Positions 56,937 to 64,000 of a stretch of DNA of 64,000 nucleotides are shown one piece after another. Under the pieces are notes generated by a model. The model saw only the letters and a program-made list of their open reading frames with translations. It ran no database searches and was not told where the DNA came from. The stretch is taken from positions 248,001 to 312,000 of the IMG/VR virus record IMGVR_UViG_3300023174_000033, one strand, 5' to 3'. Positions within the stretch are counted from its first letter, which is position 1, and every line of letters starts with the position of its first letter. The translations under genes and the position numbers were made by a program.

Positions 56937-58064
56937 TTAGTCTACGGCAAAACCTTCGTCATAAATTCTAGCAATTTCATTAAATTCTTGTAAGACCCCA
57001 CTTTTCACTTTCTCACTTTCATACTTTTGATTATTTATGTATTGTCTGATTAAATCAGTATATTCAAGTTGTATTGAGGGTATCACACCATTATTTAATT
57101 CATCTTCTGTTATTTCGTCCAATACAGATTTTACTTCACTATTGTTCTCCAAAACCAAATCATCAATATAATCTACAGTGGCGAAATTACCAGACTCTAA
57201 CATTGTTTCCAATTTTCTTCTTAATTTTCGGTTATTTATTAGAAGAGAATTTGAAATGAATAAATCCACATAATCTTTGGTTGATACAGATTCCAAGGAT
57301 TCAATATCTTCTTGGGTTCTTATGTAAATTTTCTTATACCTTGGTGATACGTTGTTTGGAATAAAATCTTCTTCTCCTGTTAACGTATCTAATATAAATA
57401 TTCCTTTTTGATTACCTATGTCATTTCTATCCATTTCAAAATTATTACCTACAAAGGTGAAATTTTTATTAACCTGTAATATATGAATGTGACCCGAATA
57501 AACATTTTTATATCCCGAAAATTCTTCAACATCAATTTTATCAGGATTTTTGTGAGCTACAGATGTAAGATGCATTCTAGCGCCATTCAAATCTGAATGA
57601 CAGAAAAGGTAATCACATCCAGAAAATTGTTTAAGAACATTTATTTGGTCTTGCTTCTTTTCAACCCAAGGCAACATTAGTATGGATTTCCCAAAAAATT
57701 GTATTTTAGTTGGTTCCTCATAAACGGTGATATTTGGTATGTATTTATACAATTTTACTGTATTAACATCATTTGAGGCTTTTGTGTATAAATCATGATT
57801 TCCAATTAAAATGTGGATTGGGCAAATCTTTGATATTCTCTCTAATAAGTCTTGGGCATAGTTTAAGATGTTAATTGGTACTACAGACCGATTATCAAAT
57901 AAATCTCCACAGTGGACTATTATATCTTCAGATGTGAGATTTTTTTCTATTAATGGTATAAGAAAGCCCTCAAAATACTCTCTATGGACTTTAAACCATT
58001 TATCAACTGAATTTGGATACCCTAAACCTAGGTGTGTATCACCGATTATAAGAATTTTTGACAT
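56937..58064 (-). CDS. Recombination endonuclease subunit (T4 gp47 / SbcD-Mre11 family)
   Basis: GDTHLG, GDLFD, GNHD, SGHIH metallophosphoesterase motifs. Confidence 0.9.
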   Translation of the reverse strand: MSKILIIGDTHLGLGYPNSVDKWFKVHREYFEGFLIPLIEKNLTSEDIIVHCGDLFDNRSVVPINILNYAQDLLERISKICPIHILIGNHDLYTKASNDVNTVKLYKYIPNITVYEEPTKIQFFGKSILMLPWVEKKQDQINVLKQFSGCDYLFCHSDLNGARMHLTSVAHKNPDKIDVEEFSGYKNVYSGHIHILQVNKNFTFVGNNFEMDRNDIGNQKGIFILDTLTGEEDFIPNNVSPRYKKIYIRTQEDIESLESVSTKDYVDLFISNSLLINNRKLRRKLETMLESGNFATVDYIDDLVLENNSEVKSVLDEITEDELNNGVIPSIQLEYTDLIRQYINNQKYESEKVKSGVLQEFNEIARIYDEGFAVD

Positions 58065-58242
58065 ATTAAGAGTTATATCAAAAAATCATAAAGAAGTTAA
58101 TATTCTAAATATAACAAAAAAAGTTGGAAAAAAATCATTTTTTTTATCTAATATATACTTTACAAAGTAATAGAAAGAAAAATTATTTTGATATATAATT
58201 TATAATTGAAAAACAATTAAAAGAAAAAAAATATAAAGAGTT

Positions 58243-58860
58243 ATGCCATTACCTCATTTTACCCAACTCCAGATGACCGGTTCGCCAGGTTTACCAGGTA
58301 GTTTACCAGAAGAACCAGTATACCTCAACTTGTTTGAGATTACTTTCGTTCTACCAACGATTCTACAAGCACAAGGCAGAGATCCTGTTTTGATGTTACA
58401 ACAAGCAAACTCTGTTGGATTGGATTTAACACCAGCAATCGAGACTGCTGAACAGAAATTCAAGTATTCAACCAGAGCATTCATGAAGACTCCTACAAAA
58501 ACTCACGTAGACTTCAATATCAAATTCAACGTGAACGTTACCGACCAAGGTCAAATGACCGTTTGGAACACATTAAAGGCTTGGTACGATGTTGTATGGA
58601 ATTCTCAGAATGGTACAGTTGGATATAAGAGTGATATCATCGGTTCTGTTATCGTTAATCAACACGATAAGAAGGGTGTTGTCCTAAGAAGAGTTACTTT
58701 CAACTCTGTTCAAATCAAACAAGTTTCAGCAGTTGAATTAGCTTGGAACTCAAATGAAATTTTAAGTGATGTTCAGGCTGATTTCGTAGCAGATTACTGG
58801 ATTGATGAGTACATTGATGGAAACTTCACTATTACTCCTCCACTTATTTCTGGATATTAA
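58243..58860 (+). CDS. Tail tube protein (T4 gp19-like)
   Basis: NLFEITF, LKAWYD, GYKSD, VNQHDKKGVVLRRVTF, ELAW, FVADYW. Confidence 0.8.
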   Translation: MPLPHFTQLQMTGSPGLPGSLPEEPVYLNLFEITFVLPTILQAQGRDPVLMLQQANSVGLDLTPAIETAEQKFKYSTRAFMKTPTKTHVDFNIKFNVNVTDQGQMTVWNTLKAWYDVVWNSQNGTVGYKSDIIGSVIVNQHDKKGVVLRRVTFNSVQIKQVSAVELAWNSNEILSDVQADFVADYWIDEYIDGNFTITPPLISGY

Positions 58861-58874
58861 TAGTATGTCACTAC

Positions 58875-58903
58875 AAAAAAACCCACCATTGGTGGGTTTT
58901 TTT
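58875..58903. terminator. Bidirectional intrinsic terminator
   Basis: aaaaaaacccacc-att-ggtgggttttttt between convergent genes. Confidence 0.85.
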
Positions 58904-59150
58904 ATTTGAATTTGTTTGCCATACCTGACATTTGGTTCATATAAGATCCAGGATTGAAGTTTGGCATTTTTTGCATTCCTTCTTCCTTTTTCTGACGTTT
59001 CTCCTCTTCTTCAGTTAATTCATTGACAATTCGGATGTTTTCCTCCATCATCCAATAAGGCCACTCATTCATAGCGGCCTCTTGAAGATGATAGTTCTTT
59101 TGTAATAGTAGTTTATTCTTTAATAAACTGCTCAAATGCGTCATGAACAA
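58902..59150 (-). CDS. gp51-like hub/tail assembly protein; possibly expressed as a frameshift extension of the upstream ORF
   Basis: LLLQKNYH...MNEWPYWMME...EEEEKRQ pattern; overlaps the gp26-like ORF in the +1 frame. Confidence 0.6.
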   Translation of the reverse strand: MFMTHLSSLLKNKLLLQKNYHLQEAAMNEWPYWMMEENIRIVNELTEEEEKRQKKEEGMQKMPNFNPGSYMNQMSGMANKFK

Positions 59151-60060
59151 CGAAAACAGCTGACGGTCCGTCGGGAAATATCATATCTGTGTGGATCTCT
59201 AGACCACACTGACATTGACTTTGCAGTTTCTCAATACCGAATGTAAGCTTCTCAACTGCAGAATTTAGGAATTGAAATGGAATATCCTCCATTTTTTGGA
59301 ATTCATCCAACTTTGATTTTATACCTTCAATAGTAATTGAATTACGGTCAGGTAACATGAAAGGAATAATTTTCAAGAAAGAAAGATTTGGTTTTCTTTT
59401 TTCAGCATTTTCCTTTACAATGTAATCAGTGAAAGACTTCTGAACACCAATAGTAGGTGGTGCCAAGTTGAACACTTGACCAGTTTTAATTTGGAATCTA
59501 AATGAAACTGAAGCAGGATCAAAAAATTCCATCACTCTTTCGGCTGGTTGGAAGAATTTGAAATTTTCCCTTTTCAGCTCAATCGCTACTTCGTTTCCAC
59601 AGGAACAATTAACCTTTGTAGTAAGTACAGAACCTTTTTGGAAAGTCAATTCTCTGATTAGGAAAATTAGATAATAACGATCAGGATCTCTCAAATCTAA
59701 ATATGAACCAATTGTGCCATCCAAGTGTTTAATTCTAACACAAGATGATAACATATCATTCATTTTCTCAACGATATCATAGAAGTTGTTATCATCAACC
59801 ATTGAATAAGCCTGAATTTCTTTTACTTGGGCTGCCCTAACTTGGATTGTTGAACCAGGAGGGTAAAGTAATCCACAAGGAAATTCCCTAACATCAAAAG
59901 CAAAATAATGCAAATCACTTGTTCTTGATTGTTCAATGTTATTTAGTGGTGTTTTTGGTGCTACTGGAGCTTCCATCGTTGGTTTATTTTGTTCAAGTCC
60001 TTCGAGGTGGCGTCTGAGATATTCTTCCTCACTCATGTTATTTTCTTGTTCTTTTGACAT
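59113..60060 (-). CDS. Baseplate hub assembly protein / tail assembly chaperone (T4 gp26-like)
   Basis: FPCGLLYP, VRAAQVKE, DRYYLIFLIRELTF, CSCG and CQCG Zn motifs, PPTIG. Confidence 0.7.
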   Translation of the reverse strand: MSKEQENNMSEEEYLRRHLEGLEQNKPTMEAPVAPKTPLNNIEQSRTSDLHYFAFDVREFPCGLLYPPGSTIQVRAAQVKEIQAYSMVDDNNFYDIVEKMNDMLSSCVRIKHLDGTIGSYLDLRDPDRYYLIFLIRELTFQKGSVLTTKVNCSCGNEVAIELKRENFKFFQPAERVMEFFDPASVSFRFQIKTGQVFNLAPPTIGVQKSFTDYIVKENAEKRKPNLSFLKIIPFMLPDRNSITIEGIKSKLDEFQKMEDIPFQFLNSAVEKLTFGIEKLQSQCQCGLEIHTDMIFPDGPSAVFVVHDAFEQFIKE

Positions 60061-60138
60061 AAAATAATAATTTTTTTTTCGTGTTATATATTATATAACC
60101 TAGGTTCCCAAAAAATTAAAAAAATTTGAACTTTTTTT

Positions 60139-60846
60139 TTACCCAACAATCGTAATTGTGGCAAGACTTATTTGTGTTGCGCAAGTTACTATTATATCAT
60201 TAGTTGGACTTACCGAAGAAAGTTCCACATTAGCGTAGATGAAGTTATATCCATCACGAACTGTATATGTAAAATCAGTTGTATTTAAACCATGTGATAT
60301 TGTGATACCAACGCCGGGAACTGAAGAGAAAGTCTTTACTACTTTTTGTTGATATGCTAAACTTACAGTTGAGAAAAGACCAGAAGTGTTTATAAATTGA
60401 CCTGTACTCTGTGTGTATAAACCACCATTTAATATAACTGTTTTACCACCATTGATTAAACTACCTCCGGTGCCAATTGTTAAGTCTCCATAAACTAGAT
60501 ATAAAGTGTTTGCTGGAACTTCAACAGTTTCATTTACAATATTGTATTTAATTGGCACAGAACCCGTTCCTGATGATAAGAAACCATCCCAGTCAGAAGA
60601 AGTGCCGACACTCCACGTAAGACCATTTCCCTCTGGTTTCAACTTATAATAAGTCACTGTATTGTTCAAATTATCTGAAATACCCACAACCATACCACCT
60701 CTCCTTTTTTCCAATGGAATATCATACATTTCACTCAATGATGAAACATTTCTCAATCCATCTACCCCAAATATTGGATCAATCACTGGGTAAGAGTCAT
60801 TAAGAGATATTGGTGTTATGAGTCCGCCTATTTTAACTTTATCCAT
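60139..60846 (-). CDS. Tail fibre-associated structural protein
   Basis: YPVID...GLRNV...IPLEKRRGGMVV domain and C-terminal ISHGLNT motif, both typical of fibre modules. Confidence 0.55.
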   Translation of the reverse strand: MDKVKIGGLITPISLNDSYPVIDPIFGVDGLRNVSSLSEMYDIPLEKRRGGMVVGISDNLNNTVTYYKLKPEGNGLTWSVGTSSDWDGFLSSGTGSVPIKYNIVNETVEVPANTLYLVYGDLTIGTGGSLINGGKTVILNGGLYTQSTGQFINTSGLFSTVSLAYQQKVVKTFSSVPGVGITISHGLNTTDFTYTVRDGYNFIYANVELSSVSPTNDIIVTCATQISLATITIVG

Positions 60847-60854
60847 GTTGATTA

Positions 60855-62546
60855 TTAATTTGATATTTGTATAGACATTGTAGCTGATATGTTATTAACA
60901 GTTCTATATATTTTATATTCTTTTGATATCCCATAACTATTTGTGAAAGTCATATATGTGAAATTTATATCGTTTTGGGAATATGTATAACCACTTGTTG
61001 TGCCGGCAATTGGTAGTGGGAAACCTTGGTAAGTCATTTTTGAAAAATCATAAGAAACATCATTTGGAGCCACAAAATATTTATATCCATCACTTGAAAA
61101 AGTAAATGTTCCGATTGAACTTGTAGCCAAAGTGCTTGATAGAGATAATATTTGACTAGCGGTCAAACTTGAATATGTTGAGGAGCCATAATAAACCCTC
61201 CAAGTCCAATTTATGTCATAGTTTTTATTTAAAATTACTCCATCGGTTCGCTTTAATTTCAAACGTAAATTAGTTTGACCCGGACTCGTTTTTAAATAAC
61301 TAGCTGTTGGATATGATGTGGGAAATCTGAAAGTTCCAACATTACCTACAAATCCACTACTTTGAGTAAATGGTGGGTGATAATTTAAATCATCTATTTG
61401 AAGTGTATTTGGTTCAAATTTTATTGGGTCACTCAATGTGAAACTAAATGTATATGTTCCATTTATACTGAAGCTAGCGCCAATCTCAAATAAATTATTC
61501 AATGTAGAAGTAGTCGGGCCAGTACAAGTTAGTCCTTGAATTACACCGGCACTTTCTGGATACATAAATTGTGAAAATAAATTTAAAAAACTAGTATTGT
61601 CAAATGATGTTCCTTTTTCCACGCCAGAATATGTTTGGAGTGTCTGACTAGCATTTGTATATTTGTTTGAATCTGCAACTGGATATCTTTCAAAGAATTC
61701 AAATTGATTATTTCTGAAAAGTAAGTAATAGGTCTGTGGTGTAGTAGAACCAGAGGCACCTAGAATATCTCCAGTATTTAACGTTGTTGGTTGACCATTC
61801 AAATATCTTACCACACTCACCGTACCTATATTATTAATGTTTAATGATACAGTACCTGATGTATTGGTGTTAGCAAAATCAACCAAATATAAATAATTGT
61901 TTGAATAGGTTGAAATTATTGGTCTACTATATGTTGCGTAATATGAATTTATGCCGGTAGCACTTATTCTGATGTTTTCTATGCTTCTTTCACTTAAATC
62001 AGATAATTTAGATCCTAAATAAGCATATACATCAATTCTTGAAGGAGTGCCAGATATGGTATTTTCATTTTGATAAAATACCCCACTAGAATATTGATAT
62101 AGCCAATCTCTACTACTTAAAGGATAAATTCTATTATTACTCTCATCATAGGGAATTGCAGCATATGATTCACCGTTTGAGTCAGAAATCAAATTAGTCA
62201 TCTTCTGACCGGCAGATACACCCATCAAAGATCCATATCCATATGCGTATGTCAAACCAGTTTTAAAGTCAAATCCCGTTGGTGGTTGAGTTGGCCAATA
62301 TGTTAAAAAGGCTCTATTATTTGTACCTGGTATAAGACCTAATGAAGCACTCACACCAACGGCAATACCTTGTTCAACACCTAGTGAGGCTGTAACAGGT
62401 AAATTATCCATATAAATATTTTTTGAAGGAATATTAAATGAGAATCCAATAGTTTCTTCTAATAAACTTTTGTTCAAATCCGTTTGTGATTTACCAGAAA
62501 TGTTTTTGAAGGATATTTGAGATAGTACGCTACTTGTTAAAGCCAT
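60855..62546 (-). CDS. Ser/Thr-rich virion structural protein
   Basis: 563 aa, beta-rich; shares a domain with the gp15 extension. Confidence 0.65.
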   Translation of the reverse strand: MALTSSVLSQISFKNISGKSQTDLNKSLLEETIGFSFNIPSKNIYMDNLPVTASLGVEQGIAVGVSASLGLIPGTNNRAFLTYWPTQPPTGFDFKTGLTYAYGYGSLMGVSAGQKMTNLISDSNGESYAAIPYDESNNRIYPLSSRDWLYQYSSGVFYQNENTISGTPSRIDVYAYLGSKLSDLSERSIENIRISATGINSYYATYSRPIISTYSNNYLYLVDFANTNTSGTVSLNINNIGTVSVVRYLNGQPTTLNTGDILGASGSTTPQTYYLLFRNNQFEFFERYPVADSNKYTNASQTLQTYSGVEKGTSFDNTSFLNLFSQFMYPESAGVIQGLTCTGPTTSTLNNLFEIGASFSINGTYTFSFTLSDPIKFEPNTLQIDDLNYHPPFTQSSGFVGNVGTFRFPTSYPTASYLKTSPGQTNLRLKLKRTDGVILNKNYDINWTWRVYYGSSTYSSLTASQILSLSSTLATSSIGTFTFSSDGYKYFVAPNDVSYDFSKMTYQGFPLPIAGTTSGYTYSQNDINFTYMTFTNSYGISKEYKIYRTVNNISATMSIQISN

Positions 62547-62574
62547 TTTGTTTTGGATTTTCTATTTTATATAT

Positions 62575-64000
62575 TTAATTTGTGTTTACTATTGCTGATA
62601 ATATTTCACCATTATAATTTGGACCAGAAGTTATTCTCATAAGTATCACACCATTTGAAAAGTAAGTGTTTTTTAAACCAAAAGTTACTGCTACTGAACT
62701 AGTTCCACTATTTGTTTCATCCCAACATCCAGATCCATTCTCATATTGACCTGGTAGAAAGCCTTTAGCAGCGTCCAACCAACCAGTTACCCCACCATCA
62801 CTCACAGTACCTCCGGGTGGGATTTCAGTTCCCTTATATGGTAACTTAAATTCTAAATAAACTTGACTTGTGCTTGTATTCAAACTTGTTCCAACGGGAA
62901 CTACAGTTGTATTAACGGTTCCTAAATTCAATCTTATTGATGATCTTTGAGTTGGTACCACATAATATCTTGTGTAACTCCTACTAAATGATCCGTGTAT
63001 GTTATTAACAGTTGAACTAGCACAAAGTGAGTAATTACTATAAGACAATCCATAATTTTTATTTGTTATCACATTTCCAAAATTTGAAAAATTAATTTTA
63101 GGATATACTAAACTACCACCTAAAACTTGTAATGCGTCTCTATAATTGTTTGATAAATATAAACTATTTTGACTATTCCATTGACTAGATGATAAACCAG
63201 ATACTAAACTATGAGAAGCATACCCACCATTTATCAATCTATATTGTTCATCTTCAAAGCTCTCTATTAATACAGTTGAGGATGTTGCAAATGTGTCAAT
63301 CAACCATCCAACGACAGACAAAGTTCCACCAATTGTTGTACCTTGAACTGTTCTTTTAGAACTAACATTTACAGTAATTGGTTGATTTATTCTTCTTCTT
63401 GAAGTTTTTATAGTATATGTAGTTGAAAATGTGAATGATGAACTAACACTACTTGGTACTGGAAGTGATTGTGATGCAGGATTTGGGGTAACCAAATCAA
63501 TTGGGTCACCAAAAACACCGGCATCAAAATTCGGATAGTAAGTATTTCTATAAATATCCAATGCCTCAATATCATATTTGAAATTCATGTTATCAATATG
63601 CCTCAATCCAGATATGAATTTGAATGTTGTATTATAATTAGTACCCTGTGGTGTAGCGTATGTGGTTTGAGTATTTGAACTATCGGATATAAATTCAATT
63701 TTATTTAAACTGAAAGCTGTAGTTCCTATATTGTGTACTACTTGAATTGAATTCAAACCATCAACAAAAAATCCACTATCTCGTTTTATAAGATAGGTTC
63801 CAGACCTATTCCAATAATTATTCAATTCACTACCTTGTGGGTATTTTGATGTTGTCGCAGACGATAACACAAATCCAGAAGTAAGACCAGATGTTGTGCC
63901 TGATATAGTAGTGTCAATTGCCAACGAATGAGTAGTACCTAGATTTAATGATGATACAGTAAATGAATTTAAGTATAAATAAAGACTACCAGTTATACCA
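62575..64000 (-). CDS. Ser/Thr-rich virion structural protein, 5' end beyond the window
   Basis: Frame remains open upstream of the TTG at 63924 to the window edge (GITGSLYLYLNSF...). Confidence 0.7.
   Translation of the reverse strand, partial: GITGSLYLYLNSFTVSSLNLGTTHSLAIDTTISGTTSGLTSGFVLSSATTSKYPQGSELNNYWNRSGTYLIKRDSGFFVDGLNSIQVVHNIGTTAFSLNKIEFISDSSNTQTTYATPQGTNYNTTFKFISGLRHIDNMNFKYDIEALDIYRNTYYPNFDAGVFGDPIDLVTPNPASQSLPVPSSVSSSFTFSTTYTIKTSRRRINQPITVNVSSKRTVQGTTIGGTLSVVGWLIDTFATSSTVLIESFEDEQYRLINGGYASHSLVSGLSSSQWNSQNSLYLSNNYRDALQVLGGSLVYPKINFSNFGNVITNKNYGLSYSNYSLCASSTVNNIHGSFSRSYTRYYVVPTQRSSIRLNLGTVNTTVVPVGTSLNTSTSQVYLEFKLPYKGTEIPPGGTVSDGGVTGWLDAAKGFLPGQYENGSGCWDETNSGTSSVAVTFGLKNTYFSNGVILMRITSGPNYNGEILSAIVNTN

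Noticed and set aside
1-64000. Stop-codon reassignment (TAG or TGA read-through) as in some jumbo phages
   Set aside because: Genes up to 9 kb are uninterrupted in the standard code, coding density is high, and TAA, TGA and one TAG all end plausible genes.
42007-64000. Diversity-generating retroelement targeting fibre genes
   Set aside because: No reverse transcriptase and no template/variable repeat pair with adenine-specific mismatches noticed in this window.
1-64000. tRNA or rRNA genes
   Set aside because: Intergenic gaps are short and AT-rich; no cloverleaf or T-loop signature noticed by eye (a tRNA scan would confirm).

Overview
AT-rich (roughly 30% GC by eye), standard-genetic-code segment of a large T4-like (myovirus-type) jumbo phage genome. 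It contains head genes (a gp21-like prohead protease fused to a 14-aa repeat region and running off the left edge, missed by the ORF track; gp20 portal; gp2; gp4; divergent gp17 and probable gp16 terminase genes), tail genes (gp15, gp25, two tandem gp18-like sheaths, gp19 tube, a gp26/gp51-like pair, a 3083-aa tape-measure-like protein, a 1999-aa baseplate protein, a 2459-aa beta-solenoid fibre), a gp55-like late sigma factor, gp44 clamp loader, gp47 nuclease and ClpS. A Bacteroidota host is inferred from SD-less A-rich starts, a signal peptide cleaved before Gln and a Bacteroidota-type domain. Main observations: (1) about eight unrelated proteins share an N-terminal leader resembling the T4 capsid-targeting sequence, echoed by the YSEYIAE repeats fused to the protease, suggesting a cargo-loading system; (2) the whole sheath transcription unit is duplicated, with conserved cores and diverged inserts; (3) a candidate +1 frameshift joins the gp26-like and gp51-like ORFs; (4) the late sigma factor probably starts at ATT; (5) gp15 carries nested domains, one paralogous to another gene in this window; (6) a palindromic RATATATA late promoter and a second AAACTT-N15/16-TATAAC promoter class; (7) T-x-S enrichment in surface-exposed virion proteins. 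All family assignments are from motif recognition by eye; no database search was run.
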